Source: Eledone cirrhosa (Eukaryota). Taken from it: 64,000 bases of DNA. The DNA is taken from assembly GCA_964016885.1 (NCBI GenBank), contig CAXHJY010001183.1, forward strand, positions 1-64,000, in the 5' to 3' direction. The stretch's first letter is position 1. Every line of letters begins with the position of its first letter. Positions 14,115-28,290 of this stretch are shown here, piece after piece. Made by a program: the position numbers and the translations under genes. The notes under the pieces are model-generated. The model saw nothing but the letters and a program-made list of their open reading frames with translations, did no database searches and was not told the origin of the DNA.

Positions 14115-15934
14115 ATGCACCCTAGATCCAAACAGTAGCATCTGATTGACTTTGCCATATGCCATAGGGGGGACATCCGTGACATCAGAATCACCAGGGC
14201 CATGCGTCGTGCAGAGTGTTGGACCGATCATCGCCTTGTCAGGACCATCCTGTCAATGCACATCACCCCGACGCATCGCAGGACTCTGAAAGTCTGTAGG
14301 CCAGCTTTCGACGTCGCACGACTCAAGCAGCCAGAGCACCGTGGTGCGTTCGCGGAAGACCTAGACGGCCGGCTGACAGCCCATGGACCACTGACCGGAC
14401 CCCTAATTCAACTCTCAACTCAACAGTGGGACCAGTTCAGGTCGCTGGTGACAGAGTCAGCCAAGGCAACCATTGGGCCGAGGAAGAGAGTCCGCCAGGA
14501 CCGGTTTTATGAAAACGATGAGCACATCAGACAACTCCTGGACGAGAAGACTAGGGCTTTCATTGAGTGGCATAATGACAGCTCCTCCACCTCAAAGCGC
14601 GACCGCTTGAAACACCTCCAGATGCAGACCCAAGCAGCGCTACGCAGAATGCAGGACAAGTGGTGGGAAAAGAAGGCCGAAGAAGTCGAGAGATATGCTG
14701 ACACAAAGAACTCCAAGATGTTCTTCAGCGCCATCGGGGACGTATATGGAGCCCCCAAGCCTGTCACCACACCGCTGCTGTCTGCTGACAGCTCGACACT
14801 GCTAAAGAAGAAGAGCAGCATCTTCACCTGCGTGCTCAATCATGCCGTCAGGGACCTCGAGCACGAAGTGTATCTGCGATACAGACTGGATGGCTCTCTG
14901 TTTGAACTGCGGCGCCTGACGACCAAGACAAGGACCGTGCAAAGGATCGTCCTGGAGGCACTTTTTTGCTGACGACTGTGCCCTCATGGCCCACAGGGAG
15001 TCTAACCTCTAAGTCATCGTCAACAAGTTCGCGGAGGCCTCCTGCCTCTTCGGTCTCACAATTAGCCTTGGCAAGACTAAGGTCCTGTTCCAGCCTGCAC
15101 CTACCTCCGTCGCCCACCCTCCTTCCATCTCCATCGGAGTTATCCAGCTAAAGACGGTGGACGACTTCAAGTACCTCGGCAGTGTCATCAGCAGCGATGG
15201 AAGCCTCGACAAGGAGATAAATGCCAGGATCTGCAAGGCCAGTCAAGGACACGCGTCCTGAACCAGCACAACATCAGGTAGTCCACCAAGCTCAAGGTGT
15301 ACAGGGCCGTTGTTCTCACCAGCCTCCTCTACGGATGTGAGACATGAACCCTGTACAGAAGGCACCTGAAGCAGCTGGAACGGTTCCACATGCGCAGCCT
15401 TCGGTCAATCATGAACATCAAATGGCAGGACAAGGTCTCCAACCTCGAAGTTCTTGACAGTGCTGGGACAACCAGTGTCGAAGCTACTGAAGAGCCGACT
15501 TCGATGGGTGGGACATGTCATCCGGATAGACGATCACAGGCTTCTGAAGCAACTGATGTATGGGGAACTCTGTTCGAGGAAAAGAAAGCGAGGCAGGCCT
15601 CTCAAGAGGTTCAAAGACTGCTTGAAGTCCAGTATCAACAACACTGGAATCGCCCCAAAACAGCTCGAGTCCCATGCTCAGGACAGCACTGAGTGGCGAG
15701 CCCTTACCAGACGAGCCAAAGACTCTTTTGAAGAGCAGAAACGGGCAGAGGTCACGGAGGCCTGTGAAAGGAGGAGAAAGCATCAACAGCTGCCCCAAGC
15801 ATCTCCGTTTTCTTCCTCTGCCCCCACTGTCTCCGGACCTGCAAGTCAAGGATCGGCCTCCACAGCCACCTTCGTGCCCACGGCAGACGCGAACTAAAAT
15901 AAAGAAGATGTCATCATCGTTTACGATGGACAAC

Positions 15935-16925
15935 GTATGTTTTGTTTAATAATAAATTATTTACTTGTTTTGATATGTTTGTCGTGTATATTTTGAAGGA
16001 AACATAGTGTTTTAAAAAGCGAATTTGTTCTGTTGTTATTGTAGTTTTTATAAAACAGAAAACAGTGCCTTTCAATAACCTTTCAGCTTGGCACAAGCTG
16101 ATGCCATGACGGCGATGAATTTGTTTTGCGAGGTTTTTGATATGAAATCGTGTGTCGAAACAAATATTGTTATACTTGAGGAAGGTCATATTGTTGTTTG
16201 GTTGTTTTTTCGCTTCTGTATCTTTTATATCTCCACAGTTAATTCATTCGGTCCTCAATGTTTACCATTGACTGACCAACGGTCAAAAATACAGATATAA
16301 TATAGATATAAACACATATATAACAAAGTTATTTCGTTGCATATCTGCAACATCATCAGTGGTACTATTATGTTCCTCCTGTTGTATTGCATATTTACGC
16401 CATTTTTATTTTATCTGTTTATTTATTTATCTTTCGTCTTCTCTGCGCATGCGTTTGCGTGTGTGTATAGTGTTTGGTGAGTGTTCGCGTTTGGGTGACT
16501 GTGTTTTGGTTTTTGTATTGTATCTTAGTTTACTAGTGTGTGTTTATATGTGTTTGTTGTTATTGTGCTTGTGTATATATTTATTTATTTATTTATTTAT
16601 ATTTCCCTTAAGCCAGTATTGTTTGTTTGGGTGTTGTTGTTATTCCATTCAATTTTTCTGTTTAGCTTTGGCCTTCTAAGCTATTTCGTTTGCCTCTCTG
16701 ATTTGCCTAACTGCTGGGTCATTTCTATGTTTAGATATTATTTTAATTTCTATGTTGTCTATGTTACCGTCATGTTGTTGTCTGGCGTGTTCGTATAGTA
16801 CTGAACCGTTTTTTCGTCCTTTTAGTTCCCCCCACTGTTGGTCTATCCTTTCTCCTATGCTACGAGCTGTCTCGCCTATGTATGTTGTTGTCATGTTTCT
16901 GCAAGTACCCTCTGTACATCTTATG
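15935..16925 (-). mobile_element. Penelope-like remnant: GIY-YIG C-terminus, 3' UTR, HHR, then the start of the next ORF copy
   Basis: [10 protein letters not shown]...[12 protein letters not shown]...SVLYEHA..H.G...[11 protein letters not shown], with PKLNRKIEW after a frameshift; downstream ORF 16189-15914 has IRFLKHY like PLE N-termini. Confidence 0.75.
16319..16362 (-). ncRNA. Hammerhead core; stems II and III good, stem I not evident
   Basis: Minus strand: CTGATGA-T-GTTGCA-GATA-TGCAAC-GAAA-TAAC-TTT-GTTA-TA. Confidence 0.65.
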
Positions 16926-16996
<71 letters not shown>

Positions 16997-17011
16997 CATA
17001 TATATATATAC

Positions 17012-17070
<59 letters not shown>

Positions 17071-17113
17071 CATATATATATATACATATATATATATACA
17101 TATATATATATAC

Positions 17114-17165
<52 letters not shown>

Positions 17166-17539
17166 GTATATATACATATATATATATATGTGTATATATA
17201 CATATATATATGTATATATACATATATATACACATTATATATATATATATACTTATATATATACATATATATATATATATACATACATCCTACATACGTA
17301 CGAACCCGCATACTCACACAGACGCAAACTCACGTATACACATAACCACGTGCACATGTACCAGTATATATAATATATACGCCATAACATGTACAAGCAA
17401 ATATACGTACGAGAAAGTATACGTACCTTCACAAAAGATACAGGTAATATATACTTACCTATACAAATAAGTAATGGTATAAACATAACAAATACTTAGC
17501 TACCACATCAAGACGTAAAATATCCGCGTATAGTTCGCA

Positions 17540-18025
17540 CTATCCGTTGGTGAATAATGTGGGGCTGTAATACAAGAAAGTTTTGCGCAATTTATGTTTA
17601 CAAGCCGAAATTGCCTCAGATTTTTTGTTTAAGATGTGGTCTTTGGCGTAGAGTATTTGCAGGGCCTCAGCGGCGCAGAGGTCACATGGTCTTTTATTTC
17701 CGTTATACGATCTAGCCTTAGCTAGGATCTCCCAGTGTAACTTATATTGGGTGTGGTTGTCTTTTAGACTCCAGATATAAGCTGAAAGTGACCTCATATT
17801 CCTTCTTAAAGGGTTAAGAAAAGAATGGGTATGCATGTAAAGACGCCGCTTGAATCTATTGGCGGTTAACCCTATTTAGGCCCTACGGGACGTGGATGTT
17901 TCAACCTTACATTTGTAGACAATGTTACTAGAGAGGCATTTCCCGGATAGGGGGCAGTCAACCCGATTCCTACAATTACAGTTAGAACTAGCTACAGGGT
18001 TGCACGTGTTCCTACGGCTAGGTAA
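17540..18025 (-). pseudogene. Penelope-like GIY-YIG endonuclease with Cys-rich N-flank (5'-truncated)
   Basis: CNCRNRVDCPLSGKCLSSNIVYKCKV...A*IGLTANRFKRRLYMH..SF...LS.YIW.LK....Y...W.I...ARSY...CDLC..E...LNK.SE...CKH; a stop replaces the Y of YIG. Confidence 0.88.
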
Positions 18026-18030
18026 TTTAG

Positions 18031-20804
18031 CTAAATTTGAAGCTGTGGTGTTATGTGCTCGCCGAGCTGGTCCTCACCCTCAATTGTTTCTCCTTCTCGG
18101 GTGAGTTTTACCAACAGGTCACGGGGGTAGCCATGGGTACAAGAATGGGCCCGAACTATGCCAACCTTTTTGTTGGCCATGTTGAGGCCCAAATCTTTGC
18201 CCAGTACACCGGCCCCACGCCCGAACTGTACGGCCGTTACATTGACGACTGTATCGGAGCCACGACCCTCACCCGAGAACAGCTCGACTCCTTTCTCTCC
18301 TTCTTCTGCTCCTTCCACCCCTCCCTCCACTTCACCACCTCTATCTCCACCACCCACGTCCACTTCTTAGACATCTCCGTCGCCTTCGACCCCTCCCACC
18401 ACTCCCTCGTCACCTCCGCCTTCTTCAAACCCACCGACTCCCACTCTTACCTCGACTTCACCTCTTCCCACCTCACACACACTAAACACTCTATTCCCTA
18501 CTCCCAACTCCTCAGGATCCGCCGCCTCTGTAGCCGAGATGCTGACTTCAAGTCCCAGGCCCTTTCCCTAGTCAGCCATTTCATCCGCAGAGGTTACCCC
18601 CCCCCCTCTCTCGTCCACACCGCTCTCACCCGCGCCCGTGCTGTCCACCGCTCCACCACCCTCACCCCACGCCACCGCACACCCACCCACCGTCTCCCCT
18701 TCCCCATCACCTACCACCCCTCCACCGCACCCCTCCACCGCACCATCCGCCGCCTCTTCCGACGCCTCCAGTCCGACCCCTCCACCTCCCACATCTTCCC
18801 AACCCCACCACTCCCCTCCTTCAAACGCGCACGCAATCTCCGCACCCTCCTCGTCCACAGCTCCCTACCCCCCAACTCACGCTCTCCCCCCCCCCCGGTT
18901 CCTTTCCCTGTTCTAGGCCACGCTGCAACACCTGTCCCCACATCACCAACACCACCACCTTCCAGGGTCCCAACGGCCACTCTCTCTCTGTCCGGCATGC
19001 CTTCCGCTGCACCTCCTCCAACCTAGTCTACGGACTTCGCTGCACGGAGTGCAACGCGACTTACGTCGGACAGGCGGGACGTCGCCTGGCGGACCGATTC
19101 ACTGAGCACCTCCGGGATATTCGGCTCGGTGGTAGTTCCCCCATCGCCCGCCACTTTGGTGGTCCTGGACATTCCGCACGCCATCTCACAGTCTGTGGCC
19201 TACTCCAATGCCACGGAACACCCGCCAATCTCCTCAGAGTTGAACAAAGAACCATCTTCATCTTACAGACCCACACTCCCCCCGGCCTGAACTCCCCACT
19301 CTTATTCCTTAAGCCTTCGACCGCCCCCCTCCCCCACACATATCCCCCACTAACACCACTAACACACCCCTCCTTTTCACCGCCCACCCCACAACTAACA
19401 ATACTAACACCTCCACTCCACCCCTCATCCGACCACCCTTCCCCAACTAACATACTAACATCCCTCCCTTCTTCTTCTCCCCCCCTCCTTATCACACGAA
19501 CACACGCACCCACTTACACCACCCACCCCACACGTAACTAACATCACTAACACCCCCCAACCCCACGCACACGTACCCACACACCCTCGTACACCACCAA
19601 CTCTACACACCCTACCACCACTAACCCCCACTCACACCTGCATTCAACCCTTTCTCCACCTCCCGTATACTAACACCCACTAACACCCTCTTCATCAAAC
19701 TACACACACACCAGTACACCACACTCCCTCCATAGAACTACACACACCCTTCTCTCCCCGCTCCACTCACACCCTTTCTCCACACTCACTCATCCCACTA
19801 ACATCTCTACTAATACACACACACACCCTCCTTACTCCAACTTTCACACCTACCCATCCTCGCCCCTTTACCATTCCACCCGACTGCTGCTATGCCCTCT
19901 GACCACCTCCGACCACACACAGACACACAGCACTCCTACCCCGTTGACGACTTCCTGTTGCGCGCGCACCCCACATCTCTCCTCTTCCGACCATCTCTTC
20001 ATGGAATACTCGTATGTGGAGCTTGACCGTGGAATCTACTACCATCATAGGAGTTTACCAACATTTCAACCACATACTCTTACGGAATCACCTATATAAC
20101 TCAACCACACACACACCCAAAAAAAATTTTTTTTCTTCCACACGCCACCTACACCCACAACACGCTTAAACCCCACACACACGTGCTTTCCACCACATAT
20201 TTACACCTTCAGCCTCCGGATTCCTCTCCCCCCACCCCTCTATCCACACACGCACACACACTCCGACCTACACCCCACCCCACACACACCTCTTCCTGAA
20301 CATGCAACCCCGTTCTTCCCCCAACCCTTGCTTTCACATACACACACACACACACACACACGTACACCTACACACACACACCACCTTCAGCCCTCCCCAC
20401 TCGGACACCCGTCTCCCTCTCCCCACCCCACCCGCCACCACCCCTACACACCCCACACCCTTCCACCACCTGTTTTACCCCTTTTTAATTTCATTTTATT
20501 TTGATCATGCTTTTATTTTTATTTCATTTCATTTTATTTTGATCATGCTTTATTTTTATTTTTATTTTTTATTTTTATTTTTATTTTTAATTTCATTCGC
20601 ACCGTTTCCTCCCACCCCCTTTTCGCTATATGTCTCTCCACCACTCCCCTACACACCCTTTGAACTCTCTTCCCACACACTTTTCACCTGAGGAAGGGCT
20701 TATGCCCGAAACGTCGTTCCCCACCACCACCCCACTCTCCAGAGCGTGAAATTAATAAACATTCGTTGTACTGCCTCTCTGTTTTGTTCCTGTTAAAATT
20801 TTCC

Positions 20805-20807
<3 letters not shown>
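18031..20807 (+). mobile_element. Penelope-like retroelement (5'-truncated): RT, GIY-YIG, C-rich 3' UTR, HHR, AATAAA, then (TA)n
   Basis: RT motifs FYQQVTGVAMGTRMGPNYANLF, RYIDD, FLD, KPTD.HSYL...S.H, IPYSQ..RIRR.CS; after a poly-C frameshift near 18890: C..PRC.TC..FRCTSSNLVY.LRC..C...YVGQ..R.L..RF.EH...P.GLN. Confidence 0.93.
20685..20718 (+). ncRNA. Minimal hammerhead ribozyme in the PLE 3' region
   Basis: CAC-CTGAGGA-AGGGC-TTAT-GCCC-GAAAC-GTC-GTT. Confidence 0.8.
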
Positions 20808-20893
<86 letters not shown>

Positions 20894-20926
20894 ATATATG
20901 TATATATATGTATATATATGTATTTA

Positions 20927-21858
<932 letters not shown>

Positions 21859-21914
21859 TAAAGGGAAAATAAAATGGTGACAAATTTTTCCCAGTGAAAA
21901 ATACTTTAATTAGG

Positions 21915-22018
21915 AATAAGTATAAATTAATAATAAGTATAAATTAGTAATAAGTATAAATTAGTAATAAGTATAAATTAGTAATAAGTATAAATTAGTA
22001 ATAAGTATCAGTTAGTAT
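21915..22018. repeat. 17-bp minisatellite, about 6 units
   Basis: Repeats of TAATAAGTATAAATTAG. Confidence 0.9.
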
Positions 22019-23397
22019 TCAGTTTTAATTTTAAGTTTTTACCGGTTGCGCATTTCTTATGCTTTTCAAAAATAATTTTGAGATAGAGTGCTCGTGATCA
22101 TGAGTACTCTATTACCAAATAGCTACGTTTACTTGGCAATCATTATGCCCCGAGTTCGATCCTATTTCGTGACATCAGGGTTAAATATCATTAACCATAG
22201 CTTCGGGTCTATTCAAGACTTGTGAGTAAAATTGTGTAGACGGACATTGCTTGGAATCCTGTCGGCTGGGAAATACTTGTTATTCAAAGGGGCAACATTG
22301 TCATACATTGTTTCACGCTGAATCTCCCTGAGAAATTGCGTTAAGGGTACACATATCTGTGGAATGCACGACCAGTTGCACGTAATTTCCCGAACAGGTT
22401 GTACCATTGTTGGAAAAATTGGTGCATTCGTCGTCGAAATCGACGGAGATCCAACAACAACAAAAACTATACAATTATTCCAGATCTAGACACTCTGTCC
22501 CTAGTTTATGCATTCTCCAATGTAAATATTTCATCTTTATCAAGTATGTATTTGCCAATAAAATTGCTTTTCAATCCTACACTATAATCTCATATTTGCA
22601 ATCTCAGCAGAGATGCCCTTTGCAAACAACTGCAAATATTTCTCTTATCCCATCCTACCAACAAGCAATCCAATTATAAGCGCTTTAGACTAAGTCAAGC
22701 AATATAATGCATAATATATTATATAATATAATGTATAATATATTTACGCAGCATCATATAACGACTGACGAGTATTCCCACCGCCTTCATTATGCAACTT
22801 AAACAATGCAATAACTATTTATAACCTCGACACCATTTTCAAAAGATCATATCGATCTGCAGCTATACACATTACAATTGGTCGCTGCAATATAAACAAT
22901 ATTTATGTAATATTATGTAATATTCTAAATGTTGATTTTTCATAGTCTTTTACGTAAGGAAAATTTGGAAAATATTTGCATACGATCTTGATCTTGTTAT
23001 ATTGCTTTTATGGCGTCCATATGATGAAATCATTCACACATGACTATTGAATAATATATGACCTATTGGACAATGCTCTATGAATAAGTATATGCATGTA
23101 TATATGTATATATGCACAGATATGTGCACTATGTTAGTGTGTACACTTACACAAACACCTCACACACAGACACCACGCACATACACACACACATACACAC
23201 ATATATATATAAATTTATTATTATTACTATATATATATATATATATATATATAAATTTATTATTATTACTATATATATATATATATATTGAGGTAAACAC
23301 ATACATGACTACACGCAAAAACACGCATACTTAAACGTGTAGGAGTGTGCATATATATACTAAACGTACACATACATACACTTAACTGCGTGTGTAC

Positions 23398-23471
<74 letters not shown>

Positions 23472-24852
23472 GCTTTGTCTTTTTATTCATTTACGCAACA
23501 TATGCATTTACGAAGATGCGTCATTAATTCTCAAAATGTTTGCTGTAATAACCAGATGCTTGTTGCGCTAGGAAGAAAAGAATGCTCCTATTTGCACATA
23601 TTTATAACAGACCAGAGACATTAACAGCCAGGAATATGTTACTGGTAATCATGTAAGCCAGTTCAACCAGTGGATAATCACACTATTGATTCACTATACC
23701 GGCAACCTCAGCAAGCGTTTTTGGTAGGGGGCGTGATTTGGGAGACACTGTGAGACAAAACAAACTTGATTATCAAAAATAATGGATTACCACAGGAGAG
23801 TCAACAGCATTCTAATTGCAACTAGAGCCTCGGTTCCAACCTTAGGTCCGTGGATCCCTGCGTCAAGAGATCTTTTGGAATCCGTAAAAGTGGGTGTTCC
23901 GAAGCTAAGCTAAAAATTCTCTTTTTAAATCATAATATGCACACACTATTGGTTAACCATTCTTCTCTAAATATAAATATTTCTATCTTTTGATGGTTAT
24001 TCTCAGTTTAATCATTTCAAGTACATAATATACATACACAACTGGGTGTCCGTTTTTCTCTTAGTGTAAACATTTCTCTCTTACAATTGCTATTCACACT
24101 GTATAACAATTTCACATCTGTGTTATAAACATAATATACACACAGTATTAGATATCTATCATTCTTTAATTATAAACATTTCTCTTTTGATTGTTATTCT
24201 CACTCCATAACAATCTGGGGTGGGGAGTGATTGTAGCGGGGTGTTCATGGAATATTCATTCAAATATAAGAGGTTCTTGGTAGCGAAATGTTTGAGAAAC
24301 CTTGAAATAGAAGTTCTGTGGCACTTGAAATGGGTAGAAATGCGTCACACTGTAACCAATATGCTGTCATCCATGGTAGTAGCTGTAGAATCACTATGTA
24401 CGTCCTTTCCCACTGTGAATGCTACAGCCCATCAACACTTGAGATAAATTTATCTTTCCAACGCCATTTATATTACCTTAAATAATATCATTTGCAATGT
24501 TTGTAAACCAAGCTTCTTTTCCACCAAAAGATAGAGCAACTACAAAAGAAAGAGATGTAATCAAAGAATTAAAATTAAGATTTGTGAAATGGAAAAAATA
24601 GAATCTAGAAAGTTAAGCCATATAGTTTAATAAGATTAAATAAATAAGGAAACACATTATACAAACATATTGGTATCTGCGAAATCACGTCTGCAAAATA
24701 GTATATGAAAATAAATTGAATTAAAGGTATTAATGAAAGTAGTGGTAAGGTTTATCATAATATGATATGAATAAATTGAGAACTTACAAGTGAGTCCATG
24801 TGTATGTGAAGGATACACACACACACAAGTGCACGGACATACACGCACACAT

Positions 24853-24937
<85 letters not shown>

Positions 24938-24943
<6 letters not shown>

Positions 24944-25879
24944 GAAAAAAGATGAAATCGAAAATGCAACTGGAGTCTTTTTTTTTAAATATATATATTT
25001 ATTTGGTTCCTTTACCGGTTTCGCAGTTTTTCTGCTTTCAAAAGTAGAGTTGAGATGGAGGCTCTGTGTTTTTTCTCACATCTGGTTGGTCTTTGAATGT
25101 TAGTTTTTTTATATGGAAAAAAAGTGGCTCGAAATGCCAGGTTTTTAGAGAAGTAATTTGATTGGTTGGTGAATAAGTATAATACATTTCGCACCAGTTC
25201 GCGTTAAAAAGTTCTTCAAACAAGGGGGGAGGGGGCTCAGGTTGTTTTTTTTTTCACTGGGGTGTCAGAATTCAGATTTTCTATTGAAATAAAGAAAGTA
25301 GAGATATGTATGTTTATTTGTGTGTTTGTGTGTGTGTGTAGGAAGATGATTCTATTAGTAGAAATGGGGGAGGGATTTGTGTGTGTGTGTGTGTGTATGG
25401 GTGATATGTGTGTATGGGTGATATGTGTGTGTGTGTGTATGTGTGTGTGTGTGTGGGAGTATGGTTAGCATGTTAAGATGGAGAGAATATATTTTTTTGT
25501 GTGTGTGCGTGTAGGAAAATGATTCCGTTAGTAGAAATGGGGGAGGGAGTTGTGTGTGTGTGGGGTGTGTGTGGTTAGCATGTTAAGGTGTTAGGGTATT
25601 AACGTATGGTTTTTATTTTCTAAAGTAGATGTTATGTGTGTGTGTATGTATGTGTCTGTTTGGATGGTTAGCATGTTATGGTGTTGACATAATGTATATT
25701 AAACTATATTTAATGCTGGTCTATATTTTTGAATAAACATAGTTTACCTTTGCGCTGACAATTCAACAGAACAAATACGAATAAATAAGGAAAATATGTT
25801 TATTCAAAAATATAGACCAGCATTAAATATAGTTTAATATACATTATGTCAACACCATAACATGCTAACCATCCAAACA

Positions 25880-25973
<94 letters not shown>

Positions 25974-27135
25974 CACACACATAACACCTACTTTAGAAAA
26001 TAAAAACCAGAACTAAATAAACCTTAACATACGTTAATACTCTAAAACCTTAACATGTTAACCACATACCCCACATACACACATAACTCCCTCCCCCATT
26101 TCTACTAACGGAATCATTTTCCCTCACACACACACAAAAAAAAATATCTATTCTCCCCATCTTAACATGCTAACCATACTCCCACATACACATACACACA
26201 CACACATAACACCCATACACACACACTTAACACCCACACACACACAACTCTCATTTCTACTAATAGAATCACTTTCCTGCACACACACACACAAAATATA
26301 TATATTCTCTCCATCTAAACATGGTAACCATACTCCCACACACACATACACACACATAACACCCATACACACACACACAACTCCCTCCCTATTTCTACTA
26401 ATAGAATCATCTTCCTACACACACACACACACACACACAAGCACACAAATAAACATACATATCTCTACTTTCTTTATTTCAATAGAAAGTCTGAATTCTG
26501 ACACCCCAGTGAACCAGCTATATTCACTGAACCAGAACAATTCTCCCATCCCATTTCTCTTGACCATTATCTTTTGTTTGGCACAAAATTCTCTAAAAGG
26601 CTACAAAATAAATTCCCAAATACGGGCGCGAAATTTAATGAACTTGTTCACGTGACAGTCATAATTTCATTTATAACCAATCAAATTACATTTTTTAAAA
26701 AAAAAGCCTTCGTGAGCCACTTTTTTTTAAATAAAAAGAAATTCAAATACAAACTGGCGCGAAAGCTAATGTGCTTATTTACGTGACTGCATCAACCAAC
26801 CAAACTTCACTCATATATAAAAAAAAAAAACAACCTGAGCCCCCTCCCCCCTTGTTTGAAGAACTTTGTAACGCGAACTGGCGCGAAATGTATTATACTT
26901 ATTCACCAACCAATCAAATTACTTCTCTAAAAACCTGGCATTTCGGGCCACTTTTTTTCCATATAAAACAAGTAATATTCAAAGACCAACCAGATGTGAG
27001 AAAAACCACAGAGCCTCCATCTCAACTCTACTTTTGAAAAGCAGAACTGCGAAACCGGTAAAGGAACAAAATAAATATATATATTTTTTTTTAAAAAGAC
27101 TCATTGCATTTTCGATTTCATCTTTTTTCCTTATA
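24938..27135. mobile_element. About 2.2-kb foldback (inverted-repeat) structure with internal subrepeats
   Basis: 24938-25253 pairs with about 26820-27135; 25254-25741 pairs with 25795-26512; loop at about 25742-25794; the right arm has about 300 extra bp. Confidence 0.85.
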
Positions 27136-27327
27136 CTTTCACTCGTGTAGGACACCTCGGTTATTTTTCATTTTGTAAAGAAACCTCACTTTCTAATATA
27201 TATTTATATAGGAGCTCAGCGGTCGGGGTCCTGACTCTTTTCCTATTACCCACTCTACTACCCAGTATCGAGTACTTTGGTGCGTTATGGTCCACCTGGT
27301 TACTTACCACACTTCCTTCATTTTATT

Positions 27328-27358
<31 letters not shown>

Positions 27359-27361
<3 letters not shown>

Positions 27362-27484
27362 GGAACGAGTAGGACCCCGACGGCTGAGCTCAAGCCGTTT
27401 CGACGGCTAATTCTGGACTTAGCCGTCCAGAATTAGCCGTCGAAACGGCTTGAGCTCAGCCGTCGGGGTCCTACTCGTTCCTAT
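27359..27484. repeat. Perfect 60-bp hairpin (loop TTAGCC) made of head-to-head copies of the 135-bp element; repeated again at about 27612-27730
   Basis: ataggaacgagtaggaccccgacggctgagctcaagccgtttcgacggctaattctggac-ttagcc-gtccagaattagccgtcgaaacggcttgagctcagccgtcggggtcctactcgttcctat. Confidence 0.93.
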
Positions 27485-27561
27485 TACCCACTCTACTACC
27501 CTAAGTATTGAGTACTTTGGTGCGTTATGGTCCACCTGGTTACTTACCACACTTCCTTCGT

Positions 27562-27613
<52 letters not shown>

Positions 27614-27834
27614 TACGAGTAGAACCCCGACGGCTGAGCTCAAGCCGTTTCGACGGCTAATTCTGGACTTAGCCGTCCAGAATTAGCCGTCGAAACGGCT
27701 TGAGCTCAGCCGTCGGGGTCCTACTCGTTCCTATTACCCACACTACTACCCTAAGTATTGAGTACTTTGGTGCGTTATGGTCCACCTGGTTCCTTACCAC
27801 ATTTCCTTCGTTATATATATATATATTGATCAAG

Positions 27835-28290
27835 TTGAAATATTAAGAGCTTGTGGGGGTTTTTTCTCTGATGAGAAAAATTTTGAGCAGGACCAAAAGA
27901 ATGGCAGATGGTTATGCAGAGACTCTAAAGGCGTTCAATGCTCGTAAAGTTTTCGGAAACTGTAACGGTTCACTTCTTTTCTCAAGGCTTAAGAATAAGT
28001 TCCGCTGGCTATAAGGAGATGTTGAAGAGGACTGAGAGGCATTGGATAGAGAAAGTAAGTAAAAGAAGATCGTGCACCTACCAACAAGTCTGTGTGTGTG
28101 TGGTTTCATAAGGCCAACGTGATCCAAGAATGGATGAGTTACAATCTCGACGATCATGTCACCCAAACATATGGCCTCCTAGCTCTCTAGACCTGAATAT
28201 GTTGGACTTCCTAGTATGGGACGTAGTCGAGAAGCAACTCAATCAAAGCCGTCATAACACTATAACATCTCTGAAGTCTACCATAATTAG
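27835..28290 (+). pseudogene. Tc1/mariner (maT/DD37D-like) transposase fragments
   Basis: FFSDEKNFEQDQK..NGRWLC (first catalytic D) and WPPSSLDLNMLDFLVW...N...H.T..SLK..I (third D region). Confidence 0.75.

Larger units (their letters stand above)
12645..15933 (+). mobile_element. RTE-clade (BovB-like) LINE with both ends present, internally deleted and disabled
   Basis: APE endonuclease motifs (WNMR, ELARY.IDIAAL.ETRL, ISAYAPT, LLGDFNARVG, WTDH); jump near 14820 removes most of the RT; frameshifted LFADD, FKYLGS, LLYGCETW, RLRWVGHV, RGRP.KRFKD. Confidence 0.93.

Noticed and set aside
22040-22185. Possible minus-strand HHR with a long stem II, including a hairpin at 22083-22112; similar weak cases at 9360-9435 and 57800-57930
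   Set aside because: Several core mismatches and no convincing stem I, so not counted
23826-24305. Possible hAT-type MITE (ends ggttccaacct and gtttgagaaaccttg)
   Set aside because: TIRs are too degenerate and no 8-bp TSD is visible
27868-27880. CTGATGAGAAA, resembling a hammerhead core
   Set aside because: It encodes SDEK of the transposase and has no pairable stems
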